64,000 nucleotides of DNA from Tubulanus polymorphus (Eukaryota; Animalia; Nemertea): assembly GCF_964204645.1 (NCBI RefSeq), contig NC_134025.1:14136001-14200000 (forward strand), in the 5' to 3' direction. Within the stretch, counting starts at the first letter, position 1, and every line of letters starts with the position of its first letter. The notes beneath the pieces were generated by a model that saw only the letters and a program-made list of their open reading frames with translations, made no database searches and was not told where the DNA came from. Of this stretch, positions 30,301 through 45,300 are shown piece by piece. The position numbers and the translations under genes are program-made.

Positions 30301-33300
30301 TGACTGTGGTTTTTCTTTCTGTAATTGTTAGGCCCTATTGCTGAATAATGAAAACAAAAACAGAACGATTTTTCTGAATGAAAAATACTCTGATGCATTA
30401 TAGGTAGATCAACCGGACAAAAGTACATTACTGAGTCAGGCTGATGACTGCTTGTTTGTCTTTTTGTTTGTTTACGTGGTTCGGACATTGGTTTTTATCC
30501 CTATTGGATAGTTCATTTAACCTCACGACGGGACAGCCTTTTGGAGGGTTGCTCGCACACTGTAAGCAGTCAGCAGACTCGAACCCACTTGTCACTCAGC
30601 ACTGATAGTGGATGCAAAAGCATCACGCCTCATCTCACTGCTACCGAGGCGGCTCGATTCGATTAAAACTAGAGGCCGACGGGCCTTGTGAAGTCTAAGC
30701 GTCAGGTAAAGTACTTTTGCATAGCCCAGCCATTTTAAAATGACTTTGAGCACGGATTCTCCCTCCCCCATTTTGCAAAATTCATTAAATTAAAAAAAAT
30801 TCTTTGTCCTCCATGTTTTCATCAGAAAAACATTTTGTGCCGGGCACGACTTACAATTGGGTAACTCTGTGAATTCTTCAGTCTTTTTCATTTCTCGTGT
30901 CTACTAGGTCACAATATCCACCCCGTTGTCGTTTTCATGACACACTACTCGCTACCATTCGTATAAAGACAATATTCCCTGACTGAGGCGTTAGGAGGCG
31001 CATAGGCAAGCCTCTCCTCTCTAACCTCATGGCCTCAACCTTAAGGTCTTACCATTCATTGTACATTTATTTGCTTAAAAAATCTGGTTCATATGATCAG
31101 TGTTCAATTATGCAAATAAGTACAGCGCAGCAATCGTCCGCACATCAAAAGTAAAGTTTTTTCATCAATATAACCACTGGCTTGCAAAAATTGAGTATAA
31201 AAATTGAAAACTCCGATAGTACACTTAATGCGGCGCCAACAGTGCTAGTGACTCATTAATTGATCCGAGCAATACAAAATTTCCCACGCCCCAGCCCACG
31301 AAAATGAGGGCATTAAACAAAAATCAGCCACGATAGCTTTCTATACCCACTGGTTATTCATGAGAAATTTTAGCGTTTAGCTCGCAGCAGTTATCGGGGA
31401 GATGTTCAAAATGTTACTCTCACGTTTCGAGTCATTTTGATAAGTCTAAGCTACGCTTAAAAAAACTATAGCAGCGGCAAATAACCATTGCGATATTGCA
31501 ATTTACGACAAACAATGTGTAAATTTAATCACTGTTGTGATGTTCAACGCATGGAAAAGATTAAAGTTATTATGTTATCATAAAAGTTATTTTTACTACG
31601 ACTTTCGATCCATTTTATTAGCATTGGCATGACATCAACCAATGATAAAAATCAGTCATGAGGTCTTAAAAATCAGTATTTGTGTATTACAACGAACAAA
31701 AATTTTTGTTCCCGTTTTCTGACACCGTACTCGTGCGCCATCTTCATCTTAGTACAGATGGCGCACTAGTCACGGATGAAAGTGTCCCATATTGAAAATT
31801 CAGAAAATATTAAGGAAAAAAAATGAAATTTTTGGGGAATAAAAATCAGTACCTTTTAGCCAAAAAAATTTACTCTTTTCTTTTTGGTCAAAATGTTATA
31901 GTTTGGGCCTTAATTATAGCCGCTTTTCGAATGAGGCGCCATATTGGTTTCTCCGACTCCACAGTTGTGCTAACTACCACCAAAAACTGTCTTAAGGAGC
32001 ACTCCTAACTGCAGAGTGCTCCGATGCAATTGAGGCGATTTATCTCAGGAATGAAGACAAGAGCCCCAAGGGGCACTATGGCCAGCCTGTCAGCTTTTCA
32101 TAAAATGGCAAATGATGCATTCTGTGGGATAAATTTGTCCAAATACACTCCCAGCTCGATAAACTAGTCAATCCCAGGCAAATAATCTACACAATTCAAT
32201 TGTGCTTTCATAAGTAGCACAGACAGCGACTGGAGCTGGAAGGAACAAATATCTCAGATAAATATTTTCCCTTGGTCTTAGTGATTTCAATGCAGAATAG
32301 AATTGAATTTTCTGAAATTTTATCAATAAAACAAAATTGAATTGGATTTGCTGTTTAACCTTATTCAATAAAGTAAAATTAAATTAGATTTGATATTCTT
32401 TTGCAGAATAAAATTTGTTTGAATTTGCAGTTTGAGCACATGGCTAATTAGCATATCAAGGTCATCCATCCGATTTGAGAAAAAGCTATTTTTCCTGGGC
32501 TTTGCACAAATGTCAATGATATTTTCTGTAGTGCAAATAAAAATATTCCTCCTGAAAACCAAATCAACTAGAGATTTCACATAAATCGATATTAAAATAC
32601 AATTTTAGATCTTAAAATAAAAACCCGAAAGTAAAACGGTAGACGATACCGTGGGTTCAAGTGAACACCTGCTGATCTCAGCGGCTAAGCCAATCATAGA
32701 GGAGTCTTTGCTTTCTGATTGGCTTTTTGAAACAGATATTTTTGCGATCAGATTTTCGCGAAAAAGCTCATATAAAATTTTAGCGAGGCCCTCTTTCAAA
32801 ATTCAGCTTCGTAGGGGTTGGAGAATGGATAATGCTCTAATGAATGATTTGTATGAATATATGCTCAGTTGCACAGTCAAAGAGCCTTAGCTCTGGAAAC
32901 CATGTCATTCAAATTCACTCCATTTGTATTGTAATAGGCTTATTGTAATAATAATACTTATGCACATATCGCTAATAATTTTGAAAAGCTCATTTTGGAT
33001 CCTAGGCGTCTGTATAAAATCCTAAATGAAAGTTTCATTTTTTATGGCAGGAGACTTCAAATGTACTTTCAGAATGGGGTCATAAACCCTCAATAGCCTA
33101 ACAGGAGCAAGATTTTACAGTTTTGATTGCGTGAATGAAATGCTACGAAATGCTTTGATTGTCTGCATTGGCTGTTAGATATGTAGGCTGCATCGCATTA
33201 GCAAGTCTCAGAAGTTGGCACGCGATTCACTAGAAGAGAAGTCTTATTCTAGTAAATGTATCACTATACGTCTATGATCACAGCGAATGCTATAGAGTAT

Positions 33301-36300
33301 GAATAACAACAAAATAGCAAAACATTTATGAACTACCTCTGCCAGCATGAGCTAAAGCAACTAGTTGCGCAACTATATTCACCATCTCATTCACTAAATA
33401 TGGACATTTCTTTAACATATACTGCTGATCTGTAAGAATAATAGAATATATCTAAATAAAATTGAGTATGAAACAGATAGAAGATAGTTATGAGAAAGCT
33501 ACACAATCTACAACATACCCAATTCTAATGTTTTTGGTGGCAGTTCTAAACGTGAAAAGTGGGCATGTAACAGTGCTCGAGCTTTCACACTATATGGATA
33601 ACATAATGGTCGTTCTTTCTTTTTCTCTTCTAGATGAGGTAATTCTCTCATCAGCTGAAATTTCATTAAAAACAAAAAAAACCTTCAAAACATGCATGCA
33701 TTTGTTACGATGCCATCAATAGCTGTTAGGCAATATCTAGTAATTGTACATTATAACAAAGAATTCGGTGCATTTGCACTCAATTATTTCTTCCAAAGAG
33801 GACCCATGGTTTCAGTCTTTTCGACAAAGCATTCCATTCATTAAAGACTATGTAATGAGAATGGAACCCTATTATCAAAGTACCAGACTTCTTCGAATGG
33901 AAACCTCCCATAAGCATAATCTAATAGAATTATATACTTACAAACACTTTTCATGAATTTTAGGGGTGTTCAACAAAGTACCTACTTTTGTTTTTCAAAA
34001 AAAAAGAATCGTTGGTATTGATATATTTGTTTTTTTCTTAAATAAATGAACATTCACAACTAGGGGGTCCAGGGACACCATACCCACTAAGGAAATGGTA
34101 TGAAATGCTCGACAGTCTGAAAACTTAAATATTCAACACCCTCTGTTGAACATATAATGAAACCAATGACCTCCAAACTCCCGACAATCATAGAACATGT
34201 TCTGAGCCACAATTTTGAAATTGGGATAATAAAATATGCCCAGGAACCAATTGTTTTCTCATGGCTGGAAAACACGCATGAAAACCGCCTTAAGAGAAAT
34301 GCTTTCTTATCTATGAATTGCTTACCGCAGGGATCTCTTCATTATCTGTTGGTCTTTCAACTATTTCATTATTATGTCCCTTTCCAAATTCTAATGAACC
34401 AGCCAAGATCATTATCACTCCTACAAAACAAAGAATTATTATTCAAAATGAAACATAGCAAATGAGGAACGGGTCAAATGCTTGAGGGTCAGAAGAAACA
34501 AAATAGCAACAGTCCGTCTACATTATTGGGCACGATCATAACACCTTCTCTCGCAAACAAATGCTTTAGTTAAAGAAAAAGTTTAATAAGATAAAAACCC
34601 ACTATCTACAGGTTAAAAGAATTTAAAAACAAGAAATTTATTAACTCAAACAATCTAAAATATATAAAATACACGACGTTTCGATCTCACCCTAGACCCG
34701 CCTGAGGATGATCTCTAGGGTGAGATCGAAACACATTTCAGAATTCATTGCAGTTCCGTTTGTACCGGTTTTGGAAAAGTTTTCTCACTCTCTCCCATTA
34801 TTGGATAAACAAATCATCTTCACGTATGAAAACAAAATTAGTAAGACTTTGGTTAAAAACGATCAATCTAAACCTTTGGACTGCGGAGTTTACAAAATTC
34901 CTTGTTTTGGATATGATAAAATTTACTTTGGAGAAACTGGCCGTGAATTAAAATCTCGAATTTTGGAACACAAAAAGGATATAGTAAATCAAAAAATGGC
35001 TAGTGGCGTAGCCAATTCCGTTTGGAACACTGGTAATCGTTTTAATTTTGATAAAGCCGAAATTATTTATACTTCCAGCAATTACACTAAACGCCACATA
35101 GTTGAGTCTGCCCTAATTACTCGTCACTCAGATATTAGTACCAATCAAAATAATGGCTTTTCTCCACACAATTCCCTTCAGTCTAGTATATTACATCATG
35201 CCTTGACTAACACTAATTATTTACTCACTCACCAATTTACTCAATTAACCTGTTCTCCTCCGTATCACCTGACGATGATCTCTAGGGTCAGATCGAAACG
35301 TTGTGTATTTTACATATTTTAGATTGTTCGAATTAATAAATTTCTTGTTTTTAAATTCTTTTAAACCGTAGATAGTGGGTTTTTACCTTATTATCCGTTC
35401 ATCACGTTTGAGTGTGGTTATCGTTCTAAAGAAATAGTCTGTCGGGGCTATGCCCTATGTGGATTAAAGACATAATATAATTCAATGAGGATCTATTCAA
35501 TTTAAATGTGTCAAATATGTACTTACTTTTAAGCACCATGTTTGGTGTCTTGTGGAAAAAGTAGTAGTATAATTGAGTGGTATCCAATAAAACTTGATCT
35601 CCGCTATATTTAATCGATCTATACCACCAAGTACCCTGAGAAAAGAACAATAAATCTACACTTGTCTAAAGAATCAAACATTTCTAACATATCAAAGATC
35701 ACTCTTCATAAATGGCTACTACCATCTGTTGTCCAAAAAAGTTCACTTCCCCTCCCATAAATAATATTTGACAAGAAACTTACCACTACAACTGGAAGGA
35801 TCACCATGAACACCAGCCCATACATCGCCAGCACCTGTAAACAAAGTACTCAAAGTTTTCAAACTCCAAATGAAATTATTGAACAATTCCTTGTAACTAA
35901 TAACAATTCATGATTAGGTAAGCCTGTGAAATTTGATAATAGATTTTAAGTTTCATTCATATCGAGTAGCAAGCCATTTAGTTTCAACATGTACAACAAA
36001 AGCGAAAGGACCGCAACTTCATCTGCTTGATATAATAGGCTTTGCCAGGCTCATATGTCAAATAAGACCCATAGAAATTTATTTGGATTTTTAATTTGGC
36101 ACACTAAATCATCAATCACCGTCATTAAATTCTTCGCACTAGCAGAGAAGACAACTCCATCTAATCTACCACAATCAAACATATCAGATAATGGGGAACT
36201 GAAGCACAAAATCTAAAATTAGCCTTTCATTTCTACTGATATCATTCCACTGATGTTGTTCAGCTTAATGCTAGCTAAAATTTCCAATTCTCCCTAATCA

Positions 36301-39300
36301 ACACATACACGACAATCTATCTCAGTTATCGGCAGAAATAACCACTGATGGAAGCCAAAACTCCTAAGCAAGGCATGTAAACACTGATGATGATCACACA
36401 CAAGACTGTACACACACATCCGCCAAAAAACTCAGTTGAAAATCGCAACAAACATATTCCAGCTGGGCTGTCAGTGTGGTCTCAGCTTCTATCTATCCAT
36501 CCACATCCAAACAATTGCAGGTCTGGCATTATGCTGCATTTTAGAAACTCTTAGACTTCAATGATAATGAATTGCCCATGGGCAAAGTGTGGTTTACCTT
36601 GAAAGCTAGAGGTTGTTTGGAGTTAGGGCATTCCTTGTAAAAACTTTTAAATACGTGACTTCGAAGTTCTAGAAGTTTATATTGTATTTTATCTTTCTTA
36701 AAGAATTATTTTGTAGTCAAATAAGACCAAAGATAAACATTTTTCATGGTCTACGTCCAAAATTTCGTAGGGTACAGGTAGGCGCGGCATTAGAAACTTG
36801 TTTATATTTTCAAAAAAATATTTTTCACAATATGAAAAAATATTCATATAAAATTCATATGATGTCACATATCAGAGGGTGGCTGAATATTAAGTCTTGG
36901 AAACGAAACCTCTTCCAATGTATGGCCGCGGAAACTAAAACACCGGGGTGTAGTATTAGATCGTTTTAAATCCTGGAATTTAGCACTACAATATTCAGAC
37001 CTCGACCAATACCTATAGTTTGCTGCTTAGTATCTTCAGGTCACATGAAATTACAATTTATTACAAATTCTATCAAACAGAAAACACTGCACTCATCTTC
37101 TGCTACAACGATTATTCAGCATGTTATCATACCAAACGTGCACGCGCCAAGCAACGTTACAGCATCACCATATAGTAGTGTGTATGAGCATGTGTTTGTG
37201 TGTGCAACAGTCTAATGATAGCGCTCCCGCGCAGACGTGGAGGCCTTGTGCAGTGAACGTTCACTTTACTTCGATCTCTATCAACACAATCACCGGGTAT
37301 TAAAATGAAACAATACCTATGGCGATATGTGAAATAATTATATTCTCACCAGCAATGAGCATTTAAGATTCGCACATATACAGCACCTAGTCCAATGAAA
37401 CGCTCGCCATTAATGGCTTTCCCATAATTATTTTAGTCGCGCCGGAATTCCCCGTATATCCCAAAAACGCCAATCACATTCGCTCATAGAGACAACGCCC
37501 CCAATCGAGGTCATTGTAATTTTATACGCAAGAGCTAAGAATTTTCCCGCCAAAAACAGTTTTTCGTCAAATTTTAACAAAGTTGACCATGTCATCGACG
37601 GAGGTTCGTCACGTCTTCAATCGCATCGAATATACGTTGTATTACCTGATTTTGTTTTCATACGCGAAGATGATTTGTTCATCCAATAAAGGGAGTGTGA
37701 TGAAACTTTTCCAAAACAGGTACATACGGATTTTACCAAATTACGCTGGCTCTAAACCTAACTTTTATCAACTACATCAGTTGCACAGTAAAAGAGCTTT
37801 TGCTCTGGAAATTAGTGTTTGGCAAGGCATGAAGTAATATACTTAGAAAGAAGGGAACTGTGCGGAGAAAAGCCATTATTTAAATTGGTACCAATATCTG
37901 AGTGACGAGTAATTAGGGCAGACTCAACTATGTGGCGTTTAGTGTAATTGCCGTAAGTATAAATAATTTCGGCTTTACCAAAATTTTAACGATGACCAGT
38001 GTTTCAAACGTGATTGGCTACGCCACTAGCCGGTTTTTGATTTATCATATCCTTTTTTTGTTCCGAAATTCAAGTTTAATTCACGATCAGTTTCTCCAAA
38101 GTAAATTTTATCACATCCAAAACAAGGAATTTTGTAAACTCTGCAGTTCAAAGGTTTAGATTGATTGTTTTTAACCAAAGTTTTACTGATTTTGTTTTCA
38201 TACGCAAAGATGATTTGTTCATCCAATAAAGGGAGAGTGACGAAACTTTTCCAAACAGGTACATACGGATTTTACCAAATTACGCTAACTCAATTTTTAA
38301 TTAGTGGTAGACATTTCACCTACCAAAATTCTTATACCTAGTATCATGAAAATGCATCAAGAATTGCAGGCCGTTTCGTGCTAGAAATTCAAGAAGGCCA
38401 CCCTTATGGCATATATATTATCTTATCCAAATTTGATCACCAATGACATTTTTTACAATAGGGGTGGACATCTCGCCAGACCCAATCTTCAAGCTTATTT
38501 TCAAAAAGATTCATCGCAAATTACAGGATAATTACTGTGTTGAATTCAATTCAATTCCAGAGGGCCTGGCTTAGGCCTATGCAATTAAGTCAATTAAGAT
38601 TAGACTTTTTGAAAAACCAGCACAGATGCCTTTTCAAATCACGTGTAATTAAAAAATTCAGTGCTTCTTTGTTTGATGTCCCGGTTTTCATAGCGCACGT
38701 GGTTAAAATTATTGTTTACCTTGAACATCTTCAACAGCTGATAAAACCGCACCCGCGTCTGTCAATCATCTTAATTGATTCATATACTAAAATGCTCACC
38801 ACTAAAATGATCACTATGAAAAAACTATGCGGTGAATCAATCCGGAATTTTTCAGTAGTGTCAGACACTAGGTACCTTTCTTAAAAGGTTTACTTGTTGT
38901 ATGTCATTAACAATCAGTTATATAATACTTTATTCATAACTTTGAAGCGGCGCGCCGGCAGCGAATGCTCAAGCAAGGTCAGTCACGTAGGCCAACGATA
39001 ACATGAAACAGACCACGGTTTTGCCGGTTAAGAGCGTCTCTCCACATAAATTACAGGGACTTTAATGGACCATTTGTTGACACTAACCTTTAATAAACTT
39101 CGTATGGATACACTCAAGATAATTCCACCCTATAATTTCCTATAATCAAAATTACACTTGAATTACAAGTGTTGACTTATGAGAAACGATCGAAATCTAG
39201 CAATTTGATTGGGAAAATAGCAGCACTATAGTTGAAAAAAGTTGATAAACACCTCCGACTGTCTAATCATTTAAGAGCTTTGCTTTCACATGGAACTATT

Positions 39301-42300
39301 TCTCCTTATCACAGGTCACTCTGCCGCTATAATTCGCCCATTCAACGATAAAAACTTTCAAACGGTCTTACTATCGGCATGTTCTAATAATTAAGGGAAA
39401 TACTTAAAGAAAGCGAAATTTCACACTCTGCATTAATAAGATTAAAGGATTTATTCGTTTGACAAATCTTCCTCTGAACTCCCACCAACAAGTCATAAGT
39501 GGTGACACGAAAATGTCGCCATCGACTCGCTACCATCTTATAACCTTCATGACTACGTCATGAAGGTTAAAATGACGCGTTCAATTGATGACACTTAATG
39601 CCATCTTTAATTACTTAAGATTAGTTCTCAGCGTTGGGCGTGTGGTGTTATTTATCACTGCGGAAAATAGTGGATGCACGCTACTTGCTGTGGTGCGCTG
39701 ATAATATTTCGGTGTTTAAATGATGTTTTTTTCTACGCTAATTTTTCTCTTGATTGACTGAGTGTTATAAGGCTCCAGTTCATCATAGAAAAATTAAAAT
39801 ATCCAATTAGTGCATTACTAATACACAATACTAATTATCAATAAAAGCGAAATGCATAAAAAATGATCACTATACAACGCGTCATCAAGCGCCCGTGAGG
39901 TGTTTTTTATTTTTTTTTAAAGAGACAACTGTAAACAATCTGACACAGGTTTCAGACTTTATTTTTTACTTTTTACTTTGACTATCTGCAGTGACACGGG
40001 CAGATTGGCGACTTGATGAGAAACAAGGTATCAACTTTGAAAGGCCTAAAAAATGGACTATTTATGAAAAACAAAATGTCATTTTCAATTGTTTTAAGCA
40101 TTAGATTCGAACATATTAGCGTCACACATATAGTTTGCACTATGTACATATACAGGGCTATATCAACTTACCCATAAAGAATTTTGTTTTTCAACTATCC
40201 ACTTAGGTAGAGCAATTCCAAAGTGAGTTGCTAAAAATGAATTTTGAAATTTTGTCATGTTGAGAAATGTAGTTGCTTTTTAAGAAAGGAATATAAGAGC
40301 ATAAAACCATTGGAAATGGAATTTACTCACCTCCGGGTCCATCAGGATTTCCATATTCTTCCCAATTTTTGCGTGATTCTTCATCAGTCAGCCTGTCAGA
40401 AAATTGAAGATTTCGCATCAACAAGAAAAGTAACCAATGAAAGGTTAAATTGATACTTACGCTGCATATGCTTTTGCAATTCTCATGAATTTTTTTGGAT
40501 CTCCAGTTTCCTTATCAGGATGGTAAACTAAGCTAAGTTTTCTATAAGCTCGACGAATTTCACTAGTACTTGCTCCCTGAAAAATACCAAACTTTTCTTT
40601 TAGCCGATGGTGAAATTACTAACTTCTGATACACCAGCATTATGTATATCATTGTTTAAGCAACTTGATATATTGTGGTTGATAACTGGGTGCTTTTCAT
40701 GATGGTGGCCAAAATGGGCAAGTTTTACCTATATCAAATATTGAAATTTTTACATGCAGCCCAACGATTTAAAGAATCATTTCCAACATCTTAACAGAGA
40801 TAATGTAAAATTCAACTGAGGCAAGGAATTTACCAATTTACAAGTAGCAAATAGGGAAAGCCATCGCTAAGTGTAAAACTAAATGTCTCTATCTGATTGA
40901 TCTATCAAATGCAAACACTATAACAAGTAATCCCCAGAAATTATGAAATATAGATTTCACATTTATTCAAAATTAATGAGGGGTTTCTACCACATAAAAA
41001 CTGTTTTAAGTAGATTGCCCACTAGACCAAACTGTTATTCCTGAATAAACAAATACAGAAACAATCAGACCTTACTGAGGGACCATTAATATCAAAATTC
41101 TAGCTCTGCATTATGTGCAACCATGTTCAATGCCTTGTTTGCATAAGTTGCTAAGTGGTATAGTTCCCACAGTTATATGAATTCAAAATTCCCAAGATTT
41201 CCCAAGCATTTCATGGGTGATTTTTCAATTTTCCCAAATGGAAATGAACAGACCATCGTGCGACAGTCAACATTTTAGTGGTGACTGGTTGATAAAGGTG
41301 ATACTCAAGAGAAATCGCAGAAGAAAGTTGCCCTCGGCAAATGCAATACGTGAAATGTAATGAATTTTCCAATTTTTTCCCTAATATAAGGAAATTTTTG
41401 TCATGAATTATATTTATCTACTTATTCATGTCAGTTGTTATGGATATAAAGGGTTGTTGCTACTATTATATTTGAAGTCAAGCCTTTGCTTACTGTGTTC
41501 ACTCATGTGTCATATTCTGTATAAAACTTGTCCAGAATGCAAAGAAAGTTCAGGTCTGTAATAGCATACGACGGGTTCAGTCCTCTCTATGTCTCTGCCG
41601 TATGAAGTCAAGACAATTTTTTTCAAAATCCCAAATATTTCCAAACTGGGAAGTATTATTTCAAGATTCCCAAGTTATCCCCAATTTCCCTGTTCTGTTG
41701 GAACCATGAAGTGGATGCAGACTCCAAGCCACTAAATATTTGGCCAGAGCTGGTCAGCAAAGATGTTTTCATCACATTCCAATGATTATTCCGCATTGAT
41801 GACACCAATTATGGTACATTTTGGACAGGACATCAATGGACATGGGAATTAATCCAAGAAATCCAGATCAAATGAAACACAAAAAGATATTTATCAATAA
41901 GATTAGAAATGAAAGGACATGGGCCTACATAAAACATCATATAGCAACAAATGGATTAGGACAATGAGAAGATTTCTAGTCAGTAAGATTTCTTATTCAC
42001 ATGTGCATTAAGCAATCAATGTAGAAAGAAACTGTTTATTTTTCTTTCTTAACTGAATAATTCTTTACCTATCCTCCTTGCAAGTTAGTAACATTTCCTT
42101 ATTTTCATGAACATTCTTGTCTAAATCTGAATGATTTATGTTATCAGTTACTTCAATCTTCATAATATTGCATTTGGATTTGCTTAGGGAAGGGCTAAAT
42201 CATCAAACATCATATCACAGCATGATTTATGTTTTTCGTTACTCAAGACAAATACTGACGACCATATACAAAATTTAATGACCTTGGAAGTCACCATAAC

Positions 42301-45300
42301 TATAGAACATGGCAAGAGCTACAACCTTGCAATTGATTGTGGTTACAAAATATGCAGAGCTACATGCATAGGTAGGCTATCACGTGTATTGAATCTCTGA
42401 AATCAATAGAACCTGATGTCCCAGAATTATGAACAAGGTGCACCGCTGAAAAGAATCAAATAATCACCCTATCAATACCCAGCTCTATGAACGGGTCATA
42501 TTCAACATAATCCATCTCAACTTGTGACACTTTGTAGGCTAACAATACCAAAACTATCCAACCAATCACAAGACCAATTTTTCTGAAATATTCAATGAAA
42601 ATACATGTTTAAACAAGCAATTATCAAAAAATAAATTACCTATTGATTTCCCCAACTTACATAACTTTACGTTTCAAGGTTGTTTTTTTAGAAGTAAGCA
42701 GCTGGGCTTTATTCTTACAATTCTGGCAATGGCATTGCTTCTTATCTTCCTTTTCCTCTGAAAAGTTATGTGCAATAATGGGTAACTAACTACTCGCTAT
42801 AACAAAATAAAGAATATGTCATAAATGAAATTAAGAACAAGGATTCCCAGAAATGATTATTTTTCAGTCGATACATAGAAAAGCGTAAGTGAACGTATGC
42901 TTACACTTCTAGGTAAAAGTGCTGATCCGCACCTCTCGTAAATGGTTCAATCAACTATGTGTACATTAAAGATCACCAAACCCTGAATTTGTTTTTCAAC
43001 AACAATGACTGCTAGATGGCCATCTTGATTCTGATTGGGCCAGTTTTTAGACAAATGTACCGAGGGTAGATACATGCAGAGCTGCCAACCACTTAACTTT
43101 GTTTTTCGGGACAGAGATCCCCATTTTTCGGGACAGCCATGCATTTTCAGGGACATCCAAAAATTTCAGCATTTCAGCTCTTTAACTTTAAAGTTAAGTA
43201 CTGACTGCTAGCTCCACAGTGTTCACTTGCCATATTAAATCATTCCTGAATACCTACCATCTGCTAGCACCAGCGTTCACTTGCCATAATATACAGGGCT
43301 GCCAACCTTTCAAAATTCCATTTAGGGATGAATGGCAGATTAATTAGGAATATTGAAGGTTTCAATAGGAATATATCGAAACCGAAGAAATTGTGACTTT
43401 TCCAAGTAGGAATATTTTGCTTTCAATTAGGAATACCTTTCATGTGTAATATACGAAAGCTGGATATGAAAATATGGAATTATCTAGCAGCAAAATAAAC
43501 TAGGGGTCCAGGGACACCATGCCCACTTGGGAAGTGGTTTCAAATGCTCAACAATCTAACAATTTCAATATTCAACGCCCTCTGGTGACCATATACAAAA
43601 ACCAATGACCTTGAAACTCAATACAATCGTAAAACATGTCAGCAGCTACGATTTTGTAATTGATTGTGATAACAAAAAATGCCTCGTTACCAATTTAATA
43701 TGGAAATACTAAGTCATTCTACTATTCAACGCCCCCTGGTGACCATATTCAAAACCCAATAACCTTGTAACTCACCATATTCATAGAACATGTCATGAAC
43801 TACAACTTTGCAATAGATCATGGTAACAAAATATGCCTAGGTACCAATATAATAAGGAAATACCAAGTTATCCTACTATTCAACGCCCCCTGGTGACCAT
43901 ATAGAATAACTAATTTCCTTAAAACTCACCACAATCATAGATGATGTCATGAGCTACAACTTTGCAATTGATTGCGGTAACAAAATATGTATTGGTACAA
44001 ATATAATATAGAAATACTAAGATATTGTATTATTCAACGCCCCCTGGTGGCCATATACAAAAACCAATGAACTTGAAACTCACCACAATCATAGTACACG
44101 TTATACGCTACAACTTTCTAATTCATTGTTGTAACAAAATATGCTTAGGTATCAATATAATGTCGAAAAACTTTTTCCCACCTACGAAAGAGTACTAATG
44201 ACACCAAGATGGCTGCCAATTGCGTCATAATTGGCGGATCAAAAATACCTGTCTCAGGCATAAAACATCCCTTTACAAAGAATACCCATCACAAATTGCA
44301 ATGAGAAATGGCAAACCAGTAGGAAGCTACAGGACCTAGAATTCGGGCCAAAATTGACATTTTTGGGCACTTAAAAGGCCATAGGACGGCCATCTTAAAT
44401 CCGATTGACCCAATTTTTGTTATCTTTATGGGACCTAGGAGGATTCAAATATATACGAAAGATCAAGGTAATTGATCAAAGCGTCTTCAAAATTTCCCTC
44501 AAAAAGTTCAAAAAAGTGTAAAAAGTGTTAATTTTGGCAAACAACAATGAATGCCAGTCGGCCATCTTGATACTGACAGGGCCAGTTTTTGGGCTGAAGA
44601 TATGTCTGGGAAGATACATGTGTAACCCAAATATCAAGACATCACATTGAAGCATCTTCAAAACTTCCCAAAATAACTGGATTCCGTCTACGGACAGACG
44701 GACGACAGACAAAAAGTAAAAGCAATAGCCCGCTGGGACTAAAGTCACAAGTGGGCTAAAAATCACCCGGCTATTAATGAAAACATTGGGCCCTTGGGGT
44801 ATTCAAATATATACCAAAGATCAAGGTAATTGATCAAAACGTCTTCAAAATTTCCAACAAAAGTTCAAAAATGTGTAGTAAAAATGCTGATTTTGGCGAA
44901 CAACAATGGCTTCCAGTCAGCCATCTTGATGATTCTGACAGGGCCAGTTTTGGGCTGAAGATTTGTAACCCAAATATCCAAATAAGTGGATATTTTGCCA
45001 ATGCGGCATCATTTTAGTAAACGCTATTTTGCCAATGGCTATAGGCCTATATGATAAGATATAGTCATAAAATACAACAACAAAGTCATTACATTGGGTT
45101 AGGGTTTCAATAGGGCAGTGCTTCATCTAGCATTAAAAAAGGGCAGGGTGCTGATTTCAAATAAGGGCATCTTTACGCGTGATTCCATTGGAGCAAGGGC
45201 ACATTATAACGCACTCACGTCCATTTAGGGGCAACCTGCAATGTTCCCTATTGCATAGAATCGAGGTACCCCCTACTACAATTGAGGACTAGAAACTATG

